Source: an uncultured Bacillota bacterium (lineage in GTDB: Bacteria; Bacillota_I; Bacilli_A; RFN20; CAG-826). Taken from it: a stretch of DNA of 64,000 nucleotides. The notes below the pieces were generated by a model. That model was not told the DNA's origin. It did no database searches and saw only the letters and a list, made by a program, of their open reading frames with translations. The stretch is from positions 791,561-855,560 of the forward strand of contig OX437086.1 of assembly GCA_949299565.1 (NCBI GenBank), read 5' to 3'. The position numbers and the translations under genes were made by a program. This document shows, one piece after another, positions 9,401 to 19,019 of this stretch; the stretch's first letter is position 1; the number at the start of each line of letters is the position of its first letter.

Positions 9401-11337
9401 TGGCTCTCGAAGAAGAAACTCTCCCTAAAAAATTTAATTTCCGAATTTGGAAGCGAATCGGCGCTTATGCCGCTAAGCATTGGATTCTTCTATTGATTGT
9501 CATCATCTCAATGCTCGTAACGGCATATTATGATTCCTCTTTTGTTCCAACTATGAACGCGGCGGCGATTGAGGCCGTCGGCAATTTCGGTTCGCTCTCT
9601 TTAGATGTTTGGAGCGTCAATCTTCACATCGATCTCATCAGTGGTTTTCTTGAATTTGACATCAGCTTCCTCGGCTTCATCATTTTAAATGTCGTGATGA
9701 TTGTCGTTCGTGCCCTTGCAATCTTTTGGACTTTTTTCCTCTCTAATTACCTGTCGATGTCGATTATGACCTCTTTAAGGCGCGATAGTTTCCGAAAGAT
9801 TCAAGAACTTCCCTTTTCCTACTTCGACCACGTCAATTCTGGTTGGCTAATTGCAAGAATGAACAACGACACTTCAAGCGTCGGAGATGTTCTAGGTTGG
9901 AATATCGTTTCAATTTTTTGGGCGCTTTTCGATATTATTTTCACGCTCATCACAATGTTTGCTCGCGACTGGCGTTTCTCGCTCCTTGTTCTTTGCTCAG
10001 TTCCTTTAATCATCATTATCGTCCCGATCTTTCAAAGAAAACTTTTAACGCGTTGGCGAATTGCCAGAAACGCCTATTCGCGTTTTGTCGGCTGGCTAGC
10101 TGAAGCCATCAATGGTGCCAAAACCATCAAAACAATGGCAATCGAAGAAGAAATTAAAGACGAAGGTCAAGAGATCGCTGTCGACATCCAAAAGAAAAGA
10201 TGGCGGGCGGCTCGCATCAATTCCTATCTTCAACCGCTGATGACTTTGATTCCTAATGTCATGATTGCGATTATCGTCGCTTTCGGCATCGTCTTAATCG
10301 GCGGAGAAGGAACAAGCGAAGACGCCGTCGCGATGTCCGCGACTGTCGTAGTTTTCATCAGTTTCATTCAGCAAATTTATAATCCTTTGACTTCGCTCAG
10401 TGAAATCTTTAGCGATTTCATTTCAACGCAAGCCGGCGCGGAGAAAATTGCCCAACTGCTCGATGCCCCCGTCACGATCGCCGATAGTCCGGAAGTCATT
10501 CAAAAATACGGAACGATCTTTAACCCGAAAGAAGAAAATTATCAGCCGTTGAAAGGTGACATCGAATACCGCAACGTCAGCTTTGACTATGGAAACGGCG
10601 TTGAAGTTATTCACCCCTTGAATTTAAAAATCAAAGCCGGAACTTCTGTGGCGATCGTTGGAGAAACTGGGTCTGGCAAAACAACGATCGTTAATCTTTT
10701 AGCCCGCTTCTATGAGCCGAGCAAAGGAGAAATTCTCATCGATGGAGTCAATTATCGCAATTTATCTTTAGGATATCTCCGTCATAATATCGGTTATGTT
10801 CAACAGACTCCTCTCATTTTCTCTGCTTCCTATTACGATAACATCGCGTACGGAAAGCCCGGCGCTAGCCTGGAAGAAGTTATCGAAGTGGCGAAAATCG
10901 TCGGCATTCATGAAGAAATCATGAGAAGCAAAGACGGCTATAACACTTTCTTAAGCGACGGAGGTTCCTCTTTATCGCAAGGCGAAAAACAGTTGATCGC
11001 CTTCGCGCGCGCTCTCATCCGGAACCCCTCGCTTCTAATTCTCGATGAGGCCACTTCTTCAATCGACACAGAAACCGAAGCCCATGTTCAACATGCGCTC
11101 CTAAAAATTTTAAAAGGTCGGACCTCGATTTCAATCGCCCACCGTCTTTCGACAATCGTCGAATGCGACAGAATTTTAGTGATGGATAGCGGCAAGATCA
11201 TTGAAGACGGGAACCATAAGTCGCTCATGCAAAAAAGAGGCGCTTATTACCGCCTCTATACAAATCAGTTCCAAGAAATGTCGATTGAATCGCAACTTGC
11301 AACATACGAAGAGCAAATTGCCAACAAAGGTCTTTAA
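9400..11337 (+). CDS. ABC exporter permease/ATPase, subunit 2 (canonical Walker B, non-canonical signature)
   Basis: TAATG stop/start overlap with subunit 1. Motifs: GETGSGKTT, LSQGEKQLIAFARAL, LLILDEATSSID, IAHR. Confidence 0.85.
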   Translation: MALEEETLPKKFNFRIWKRIGAYAAKHWILLLIVIISMLVTAYYDSSFVPTMNAAAIEAVGNFGSLSLDVWSVNLHIDLISGFLEFDISFLGFIILNVVMIVVRALAIFWTFFLSNYLSMSIMTSLRRDSFRKIQELPFSYFDHVNSGWLIARMNNDTSSVGDVLGWNIVSIFWALFDIIFTLITMFARDWRFSLLVLCSVPLIIIIVPIFQRKLLTRWRIARNAYSRFVGWLAEAINGAKTIKTMAIEEEIKDEGQEIAVDIQKKRWRAARINSYLQPLMTLIPNVMIAIIVAFGIVLIGGEGTSEDAVAMSATVVVFISFIQQIYNPLTSLSEIFSDFISTQAGAEKIAQLLDAPVTIADSPEVIQKYGTIFNPKEENYQPLKGDIEYRNVSFDYGNGVEVIHPLNLKIKAGTSVAIVGETGSGKTTIVNLLARFYEPSKGEILIDGVNYRNLSLGYLRHNIGYVQQTPLIFSASYYDNIAYGKPGASLEEVIEVAKIVGIHEEIMRSKDGYNTFLSDGGSSLSQGEKQLIAFARALIRNPSLLILDEATSSIDTETEAHVQHALLKILKGRTSISIAHRLSTIVECDRILVMDSGKIIEDGNHKSLMQKRGAYYRLYTNQFQEMSIESQLATYEEQIANKGL

Positions 11338-11768
11338 TCGACGTCGTCTTGAAAATATTTCGCCTCGGCAAAAACAAGCAAAAGGCTGATGAGTGCAGCC
11401 AAAAGCGTCAATAAGAAAATCCAGTTATAACCGCAGGCGAAAGAAAGAATCGCCATGACGATTTGAAGGACAACATAGACTAACGAGCCAAAATAATTAT
11501 ATTTTTCACGACGGCTGCCTTTGAATTTAAAAGAGGCAATAAGACGGATAACGGTTATAACGACCATCGAAAGCATCAAAATCGCCCCCATGATGAACAT
11601 CACGTCGCCATATTGCCCGTTGAAACGTTCCCAAAAATGTAAATTATGACCGTCAGGCGAGGTATATAAAGGCGTTAAAAAATAAACAAGAGGCACCACT
11701 ACATCATAAAGCGCCATTAAAAGGCCATAACTCCGGTGATCGAGACGCCGCGTTTTTTCTTTATCCAT
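11334..11768 (-). CDS. Polytopic membrane protein, unknown function
   Basis: 144 aa with about four hydrophobic helices. Its start coincides with the stop of the dUTPase-like gene. Confidence 0.45.
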   Translation of the reverse strand: MDKEKTRRLDHRSYGLLMALYDVVVPLVYFLTPLYTSPDGHNLHFWERFNGQYGDVMFIMGAILMLSMVVITVIRLIASFKFKGSRREKYNYFGSLVYVVLQIVMAILSFACGYNWIFLLTLLAALISLLLVFAEAKYFQDDVD

Positions 11769-12274
11769 CAGTAATTCGCCTCCTGCCGTTTCTCATTGAT
11801 TTTCCGCTTTTTTTCATAAGCGGCAAACACATCATCAACTTTATATCCTAAATGAGGGAGGATGTTGAGGAAAGAGGAGAAAGCCAAAGCATAAGTCTTA
11901 ACTTCATAATTTTCTAATAAATCTAGAACGCGATCGTAAGTCAAAAGAATTTGCTCAGTCAAATCCTTGCCATCTTTTCGAAAACGATGCGAAAGACGCT
12001 CGACGCCCAGCGGAATGCCTAATGACAAAAAGAAATGCAATCCATCAACATATTCTTCTAAAATCACATCTTTAGGAGACGGGCCTTTGAATGACCAAAA
12101 TTTGAAGCAGCGAGTCTCGTTTGCAAATTCACCAAGTTCGACGAGAAGCGCTAAAATGCGCTTGTTCGTCGTTTCTGAATATTCAACCTGATGATGTTCC
12201 ATGATCTCTTTATCAAGAAGTGCCTGCTCTTGAAAAAGAATATCAAGAACGATTATCTCCTCATTTGTCGTCAT
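11768..12274 (-). CDS. Dimeric (all-alpha) dUTPase-like protein (dUTPase_2 family)
   Basis: ALLVELGEFANETRCFKFWS...LEEYVDGLHFFLSLG resembles the dimeric dUTPase family signature. Recognised from memory only. Confidence 0.55.
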   Translation of the reverse strand: MTTNEEIIVLDILFQEQALLDKEIMEHHQVEYSETTNKRILALLVELGEFANETRCFKFWSFKGPSPKDVILEEYVDGLHFFLSLGIPLGVERLSHRFRKDGKDLTEQILLTYDRVLDLLENYEVKTYALAFSSFLNILPHLGYKVDDVFAAYEKKRKINEKRQEANY

Positions 12275-14696
12275 TTTTTAAAGATGCGGTTGGTTTAATT
12301 TTCTCAAGATGCCAAATGTCTTTGTTATATTCTTCGATCGTTCGATCGCTTGAGAAATGACCGGAAGTCGCGATGTTCATGAGGCAGGCACGCGCCCATT
12401 TTTTGCGATCGGCATAGAACTCTTCAATCTTTTCGCTGGCCTTAAGATATGAGGCGAAATCAGCGAGAACGAAGAATTGATCGCCGCGATTCATGATCTC
12501 ATCGAAAATCAGACGGAAATCTTTATTCGGACCAGCCCATGGACCATTAAATAAACTGTCCAAGACGTTTTTGATGATCGGATCGCGATTGTAATAATCC
12601 CATGGATTATAGTTTCCGCGGCTCACTAATTCATTGACCTCCGGCTCAGTGAGACCGAAAATCACTTCATTTTCTTCGCCGGCTAAAGCGGCAATTTCAA
12701 TATTTGCTCCGTCAAGGGTTCCAAGCGTGATCGCCCCATTCATCATAAGCTTCATATTCGAGGTACCCGACGCTTCTTTGCCAGCAGTTGAAATCTGCTC
12801 AGAAATGTCAGTAGCCGGAATTATGCGTTCCGCCAAAGAAACCCCATAATCTTCGACGAAGACGATCCGCATGTATTTGCGAGCCTCTTCATCGTTATTG
12901 ATAACATCGGCGACCGCTAAAATCAGCTCAATAATGCGCTTAGCATATTCATAAGACGGAGCGGCTTTGGCACCGAAAATATAAATGTGAGGCGTCATTT
13001 TGAAATGCTTCGGATCGCTCTTTAATTTTTGATAAAGGGCCATAATTCGGAAAATGTTCATGATCTGCCGCTTGTAGGCGTGTAGACGCTTTATTTGCGT
13101 ATCGAAAATCGAATTTGGATCAATTTCGAGGTCGTAACGTTGCTTGCAGAAACGAGCAAAATCGTTTTTACGCGCTTGCTTAACCCGCAAAAACTCGCGT
13201 TGCGTAGCCTCATCGTCAACAAAATCTTTAAGTTTAATGAGTTCGTCTGGATTGCGAATCCAACCATCGCCAATTCTTGAAGTGATGAGATTGGCCAGTT
13301 CTTCGTTAGAATAAAGTAGCCATCGACGGTGAGTGACGCCGTTCGTCTTGTTATTGAATTTCTCGGGGAAAAGCTCATAGAAATTTTTGAACGTGTAATG
13401 CTCAAGAATATTCGTATGAATCTTGGCGACTCCGTTGATTGAAAAAGCAGCATAGATGGCCATATTCGTCATATGCACTTGTCCATCTTTAATAATCGAC
13501 ATTTGATATTTGCGATCATCGCTGACGCCTTTTTCGGCAAGATATTGATTAAAGCGACGATTGATTTCTTCGATGATCATGTAAATGCGCGGCAAAAGAT
13601 GTTGGATGTATTGAACCGGCCAGCGCTCCAAGGCTTCTGGCATTACCGTGTGGTTAGTGTAAGCGATCGAGCGCGTAACCGTCTCCCATGCTTCATCCCA
13701 GCCCCAACCATATTCGTCCATCAAAAGGCGCATCATTTCAGGGATCGCTAAAATCGGATGCGTATCATTTAATTGGAAAACATAATGATCAGCGAAATGT
13801 TTTAATGTCTTGTAACGACGCATTTCGCCGCGCATCGTTGATTGAAGCCCGGCTGAAACAAGGAAATATTGCTGACGGAGACGTAAAAGCCTTCCGTGTT
13901 CAGTTGAATCGTCAGGATATAAACCAAAAGTCAATTCTTTAAGCGTCGAGAGATATTCGTTGAACGAGCAATCAGTCGGTAAATTTGTTTCGCTTGGTTC
14001 GGCCGACCAAAGGCGCAAAGTGTTGGAAACGCCGTTGCGATAACCAACTACTGAAACATCATACGGAACGGCGCGAATGCAGCGCGCATTGACAAGGCGC
14101 ATCGCATAATTTCCATCGGGTTTTAAATAAGTTTCGGCATTGCCGTAGAATTTGACTTCGACCGCATGCTTTGGCTTTCTAACTTCAAAAACAAAGCCGT
14201 TCGATAACCATTGATCGGGAAGTTCGACTTGTTTACCATCCACAAATTTCTGACGGAAAAAACCATATTCATAGCGGATCGTATTCCCGTGGAGCGGATA
14301 ACCTAAGGAGGCGGCCGAATCTAAGAAACAAGCAGCCAAACGCCCAAGTCCTCCGTTTCCTAACCCTGCATCCGGCTCTAAATCTTCTAATTCGTTGATA
14401 TCGATCCCAAGTTCGGCTAAACCATCCTTTGCTACCTTGTAGATGCCAAGATTTTGCATGTTGTTGAGAAGGAGGCGACCGATGAGAAACTCCATCGAGA
14501 AATAGATGCACTGGCGTTTGCCGCTATCGAGAATGTCTTCACGACAATTACGCCAATCATAACCGGCATAATCGCGGACCATTTCTCCTAAAACGTCATA
14601 ACGTTCGGTGATGTCAGCGTCTTTGACGAGACGCCCATATTTTTCTGATAAGCGCCGTGCAAATTCTGTTTTGAAATCTTCTTTATTTTTAAACAT
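12261..14696 (-). CDS. glgP: Glycogen/maltodextrin phosphorylase
   Basis: 811 aa with GLGNGGLGRLAACFLDS, NDTHP and the PLP-lysine motif EASGTSNMKLMMNGA. Confidence 0.92.
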   Translation of the reverse strand: MFKNKEDFKTEFARRLSEKYGRLVKDADITERYDVLGEMVRDYAGYDWRNCREDILDSGKRQCIYFSMEFLIGRLLLNNMQNLGIYKVAKDGLAELGIDINELEDLEPDAGLGNGGLGRLAACFLDSAASLGYPLHGNTIRYEYGFFRQKFVDGKQVELPDQWLSNGFVFEVRKPKHAVEVKFYGNAETYLKPDGNYAMRLVNARCIRAVPYDVSVVGYRNGVSNTLRLWSAEPSETNLPTDCSFNEYLSTLKELTFGLYPDDSTEHGRLLRLRQQYFLVSAGLQSTMRGEMRRYKTLKHFADHYVFQLNDTHPILAIPEMMRLLMDEYGWGWDEAWETVTRSIAYTNHTVMPEALERWPVQYIQHLLPRIYMIIEEINRRFNQYLAEKGVSDDRKYQMSIIKDGQVHMTNMAIYAAFSINGVAKIHTNILEHYTFKNFYELFPEKFNNKTNGVTHRRWLLYSNEELANLITSRIGDGWIRNPDELIKLKDFVDDEATQREFLRVKQARKNDFARFCKQRYDLEIDPNSIFDTQIKRLHAYKRQIMNIFRIMALYQKLKSDPKHFKMTPHIYIFGAKAAPSYEYAKRIIELILAVADVINNDEEARKYMRIVFVEDYGVSLAERIIPATDISEQISTAGKEASGTSNMKLMMNGAITLGTLDGANIEIAALAGEENEVIFGLTEPEVNELVSRGNYNPWDYYNRDPIIKNVLDSLFNGPWAGPNKDFRLIFDEIMNRGDQFFVLADFASYLKASEKIEEFYADRKKWARACLMNIATSGHFSSDRTIEEYNKDIWHLEKIKPTASLKNDDK

Positions 14697-14724
14697 ATTT
14701 TCTTCCTTAATTTTATTTTGCGAA

Positions 14725-16689
14725 TTATTTTTTCTTCGCGTTTAGAGATACTACCTTCTTTTTCGAAGAACGAGAAGTCTTTTTCACACGGGTAGTTTCC
14801 TTTTCTCTGCTTTTTTCTTCTTTGACAATCCGCCTTTTGAAGATCATCGCGGCATAACTTCCGAGTTTAATCGAGAGGTGATGCGGACGATTCTCTGGAC
14901 CGCCCGGATAGGAAGTCAAAGGGAGTCCGTTGTAATTGTTCCAACCGCCATAAACGTCCTTGTCGCTGTTGAAAAGTTCATCGTAGATTCCATCGTGCAT
15001 GCAGCCGACTTCATAGCCGTCATAATAATTCGGCGTCATGTTGAAGACGAAGAGGAGATCGCTGTCGCCGGCCTCGCGTTCAAAAGCAAAAACCGATTGC
15101 TCAGCGTTATCAACCATCGTCCACTGGAAATGCGCCGGATTATATTCTTCGAATTTCATCGCGTCCTCGCTTTGATAAATGAGATTTAGATCACGGAGAA
15201 GACGCCGCACCGAATCATGTTTCGGGAATGATAAAAGATTCCACGGAAGCGATTTCTGCTCATTCCACTCATCGAAACTTGCCAGTTCGTTGCCCATGAA
15301 ATTCAATTTCTTGCCAGGATGCGCGAATTGATAAGTATAAAGATTGCGCAATAAGGCAAATTTTGTATCGTAGTCGCCGAACATCTTATTGATGAGCGTG
15401 CCTTTCCCGTGGACAACCTCGTCATGAGACAAAGGAAGCAAGAAATTCTCTGAAAAGAAATAAGCCATCGAGAACGTCAATTTGTTATGTTCCCATTTTT
15501 TGTAAATCGGATCCTTGGAATAATATTTCAAAGTGTCGTTCATCCATCCAAGATCCCATTTGTAGTCGAAACCAAGTCCACCATATTCAAGAGGCTTCGT
15601 AACTCCGACAAAATCCGTAGAATCCTCCGCGATCATCATCACGTCTGGATGAGCATAATGAATTTTCCCGTTCAGGCGGCGAATGAATTCGGTCGCCCCT
15701 GTATTTTCACCATTCGCTTTATTGCCGTCCCAATAAACGATGTTGCTGACAGCGTCCACCCGGATTCCGTCGAAATGGAAATAAGTAAGGAAATAATTCA
15801 TCGCCGACATCAAAAAGCTTCGGACCGGATCTTTCCCTAAGTCAAATTGGCAGGAGCCCCATGGCGAAAAAGTATGCTCGGGGAAGGCGTATTCATATAG
15901 GCACGAACCGTCGAAATCGCGGAGCGCGTAATAATCGGTCGCGAAGTGAACAGGCGCGAAGTCGAGAATGACGCCGAACCCTGCTCGATGCAAGCGATCG
16001 ACAAACGACATCAATTGCTTGGGATTTCCATATCGCGAATCGACCGAATAGAAGCCTGTTGCCTGATATCCCCAGCTCCCGTCGAAAGGATATTGAGTGA
16101 TCGGCATGATCTCGACATGGGTGAAACCAGTCTCTTGGAGATACGGAATCAAGCGATCAGCAACTTCTTCGTAAGAGGGATAGCGATTGTCAATCTTGCC
16201 TTGCCATGATCCTAAATGCATTTCGTAAATCGACATCGCTTTGTCAAAATTGCGATCGCGCTTCTTCATCCATTCATCGTCAAGCCACGGGAAACCTTCG
16301 ATGTCATAAAGTCGAGAGCAAGTCTGCGGACGTAATTCTGAATAGAAGGCAAAAGGATCAGCCTTGTCGACATATTCGCCGCGAGCATTCTTGAAATGAA
16401 ATTTATATGACTGATAATCATGAAGTCCAGGAACAAAAGTTTCAAAAACTCCCGCCTCGTCAATCTTTTGCATTTTGTTGGCACGAACGTCCCAATTGTT
16501 CCACTCTCCGATAACCGAAACGTCGCTGGCAAGAGGAGCATATAAACGGAAATAAACACCCTCAATTTTTTGTCCGCGTTTCTTCGGCGGAACAGGAGGA
16601 ATTTCCAAGGTCCCAAAATGAGCACCAAAATAACGGAAAGCCTCGATAGTTTGCCCCGTCAAATAGTCGTAGAGAATACCATAAGCCAT
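14725..16689 (-). CDS. glgB: 1,4-alpha-glucan branching enzyme
   Basis: 654 aa with GH13 branching-enzyme motifs (DFAPVHF, FDGIRVDAV, MIAEDST, LSHDEVVHGK). It has a K-rich C-terminal tail. Confidence 0.9.
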   Translation of the reverse strand: MAYGILYDYLTGQTIEAFRYFGAHFGTLEIPPVPPKKRGQKIEGVYFRLYAPLASDVSVIGEWNNWDVRANKMQKIDEAGVFETFVPGLHDYQSYKFHFKNARGEYVDKADPFAFYSELRPQTCSRLYDIEGFPWLDDEWMKKRDRNFDKAMSIYEMHLGSWQGKIDNRYPSYEEVADRLIPYLQETGFTHVEIMPITQYPFDGSWGYQATGFYSVDSRYGNPKQLMSFVDRLHRAGFGVILDFAPVHFATDYYALRDFDGSCLYEYAFPEHTFSPWGSCQFDLGKDPVRSFLMSAMNYFLTYFHFDGIRVDAVSNIVYWDGNKANGENTGATEFIRRLNGKIHYAHPDVMMIAEDSTDFVGVTKPLEYGGLGFDYKWDLGWMNDTLKYYSKDPIYKKWEHNKLTFSMAYFFSENFLLPLSHDEVVHGKGTLINKMFGDYDTKFALLRNLYTYQFAHPGKKLNFMGNELASFDEWNEQKSLPWNLLSFPKHDSVRRLLRDLNLIYQSEDAMKFEEYNPAHFQWTMVDNAEQSVFAFEREAGDSDLLFVFNMTPNYYDGYEVGCMHDGIYDELFNSDKDVYGGWNNYNGLPLTSYPGGPENRPHHLSIKLGSYAAMIFKRRIVKEEKSREKETTRVKKTSRSSKKKVVSLNAKKK

Positions 16690-16810
16690 AGGTCTACCTC
16701 ATCTAAGTTCTATGTAACTATCTAGGAGTATAAAGCATTAATGCGCGCGATGCCATGGCAATAGAAGAAGTTTTTCACTATAATCCAGCATGAAAGAAGG
16801 AAAAAGATAA

Positions 16811-18013
16811 ATGCCAAAAGTAATTGCAGTCAATGCCGGATCGAGTTCAATCAAATATAAGCTCTTCATCATGCCGGAAGAAAAAGTCGTCTGTTCCGGT
16901 CTTGTCGATCGAATCGGACATCAAGACGGAATTTTTAAAATCACATACAACAAGGAAGAACATAAAGAAGTTCTCCCGATTCTCGAACACGGAAAAGGTG
17001 TCGAATTAATTTTAGAAGCGCTCAAAAAATATCATATCGTCGAAGATTTAAGCGAAATCAAAGCCGTTGGACATCGTGTTGTTCAAGGCGGCAAATACTT
17101 TGCTAAATCAACGATTTTCGACGAAAACACTGCCGCGATAATTGAAAAACTAATTCCATTAGACCCGCTCCATGCCCCCGCGCATTTACTTGGTTATCAC
17201 GCTTTCAAAAAAGCCCTTCCAGATGCTTTGGAATTGGCAGTTTTTGATACGGCTTTTCATCAAAGCATGGCCGAAGAAGATGCTTTATTCCCAATTCCTT
17301 ATGAACTCACTGAAAAATATGACATCAGACGATACGGAGCGCACGGAACAAGCCACCAATTTTTAGCCGAAACCGGACGCGCTTTATTCCTTCAAGACGT
17401 CAAACATCCGCGCATCATTTCTTGCCATATCGGCTCAGGCGCTTCTCTATGTGCGATTAAAGACGGGAAATCCGTCGCTACATCAATGGGTCTCACGCCC
17501 CTTGGCGGCGTGATGATGGGGACGCGTTCTGGCGATTTAGATCCTTCAATCCTTGACTATATTTCGACGTGCACTGGAAAAGATGTCCATGAAATCTATA
17601 CGATTTTGAATAAAAAATCTGGTCTTCTCGGTGTCAGCGGCCTCTCTAACGATACGCGCGACATTGAAGAAGCGATTAAAAACGGCAATCAGCAAGCGAT
17701 TTTAGCTGGAGCAATCTTTGCAAGACGCATCGCGGACTACATCGGACAGTATTTCGTGCGTCTTGGAGGCGCTGACCTCATTATTTTCTCGGCCGGCATC
17801 GGAGAGAATTCCGACTACTTCCGCGAGGAAATCCTAAAAAGAGTCGAAGAAGCTCTCAATTTAAAAATCGACTACCAAAAGAACAAAGACCTCAATCACC
17901 AAACTGCTCTAATTTCAAAAGAGGATTCTCCAATCAAAGTCGCGATCATTAAAACCGATGAGGAATTGATGATTGCCCGCGATTTAGAGAAAACCCTCAA
18001 TGGGACTTTATAA
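16811..18013 (+). CDS. ackA: Acetate kinase
   Basis: VIAVNAGSSSIKYKLF, GHRVVQGG, RRYGAHGTSH, ISCHIGSGASL, FSAGIGENS. Confidence 0.92.
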   Translation: MPKVIAVNAGSSSIKYKLFIMPEEKVVCSGLVDRIGHQDGIFKITYNKEEHKEVLPILEHGKGVELILEALKKYHIVEDLSEIKAVGHRVVQGGKYFAKSTIFDENTAAIIEKLIPLDPLHAPAHLLGYHAFKKALPDALELAVFDTAFHQSMAEEDALFPIPYELTEKYDIRRYGAHGTSHQFLAETGRALFLQDVKHPRIISCHIGSGASLCAIKDGKSVATSMGLTPLGGVMMGTRSGDLDPSILDYISTCTGKDVHEIYTILNKKSGLLGVSGLSNDTRDIEEAIKNGNQQAILAGAIFARRIADYIGQYFVRLGGADLIIFSAGIGENSDYFREEILKRVEEALNLKIDYQKNKDLNHQTALISKEDSPIKVAIIKTDEELMIARDLEKTLNGTL

Positions 18014-18026
18014 AAAGGAGACAAAG

Positions 18027-19010
18027 ATGACTTCATATAGTGAACTTCACGAAACAACTTACGAAAAATTGCGCGAAGAAATCCGCACGCACGCAAGGAT
18101 TGTCATCTTTCGCCATATCAAGCCGGATTTTGATGCTTTAGGAACCCAAATGGGACTTTATACCTTCCTAAAAGATAATTTCCCAGAGAAAGACGTTCAT
18201 TTTGTCGGCGATGGTCATCCGACCTTCATCCCCCGCCTCTTTCCAGAACCGGAGAAACTTGATGAGGATTATTTTAAGCAAAAGTTTTTAGCGATCGTCG
18301 TCGATGTCGGAGATCGCAAGCGAATTGCTGATCCGCGCTTTGAAATGGCCGATGCGATCATTAAATTCGACCACCACCCCGCCAATGAAGAAATTGCTAA
18401 AGTAGCCATGCTCGATGAAGAAAGCGGAGCCGCTAGCGAAATCGTCAGCGATTTTTGCTTAAGTTTCCCCGGCACTCATTTATCAAGCGAAGCGGCTAAA
18501 TATTTTTATATTGGCCTCGTCGGCGACACTGGACGCTTTATGTATTCTTCAACTTCAACCCATACCTTCGAAATCGCTGAAGCGTTACTGAAGACTGGAT
18601 TCAATCTTTCGAGTCTTTATCAGAAAATGTATGAAAAAAAATTAGACGACTTAAAAGTGACGGCCTACGTTCTCAACCACTTCTCCGTTTCTCCGCACGG
18701 CGTTGCCTACTACTTGTTATCAGATCAAGTTCAAAAAGAATTAGCGATCACTTCCGAAAGAGGAAAAGAAAACGTCAATCTCTTTGCGAATATCGAAGGC
18801 ATCAACGCTTGGTGCTCATTGTCGGAAGATCTTTCGCCAAATGATCCTTGTTGGCGCATTTCAATTCGCAGTAAAGAAAAAGACATCGCCCCAATCGCGA
18901 ATAAATGGGGGGGAGGAGGTCATCCGCAAGCTTCCGGAGCGCGGCTTGATGACATTTCCGACCTCGATAAATTCATCGGCGATTTAGACGCTCTCTTTAT
19001 AGAAGAGTAA
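18027..19010 (+). CDS. nrnA: DHH/DHHA1 phosphoesterase (NrnA-like oligoribonuclease / pAp phosphatase)
   Basis: H.KPDFDALG, DVGD, KFDHHP and GGGGHPQASGA motifs. RBS aaaaggag lies upstream of ATG 18027. Confidence 0.75.
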   Translation: MTSYSELHETTYEKLREEIRTHARIVIFRHIKPDFDALGTQMGLYTFLKDNFPEKDVHFVGDGHPTFIPRLFPEPEKLDEDYFKQKFLAIVVDVGDRKRIADPRFEMADAIIKFDHHPANEEIAKVAMLDEESGAASEIVSDFCLSFPGTHLSSEAAKYFYIGLVGDTGRFMYSSTSTHTFEIAEALLKTGFNLSSLYQKMYEKKLDDLKVTAYVLNHFSVSPHGVAYYLLSDQVQKELAITSERGKENVNLFANIEGINAWCSLSEDLSPNDPCWRISIRSKEKDIAPIANKWGGGGHPQASGARLDDISDLDKFIGDLDALFIEE

Positions 19011-19019
19011 AATCAAGGC

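Noticed and set aside
16690-16810. A CcpA cre site in the glgB/ackA divergent promoter region.
   Set aside because: No sequence fits TGWAANCGNTNWCA with fewer than four or five mismatches. Only a plausible -10 (TATAAT at about 16779) is visible.
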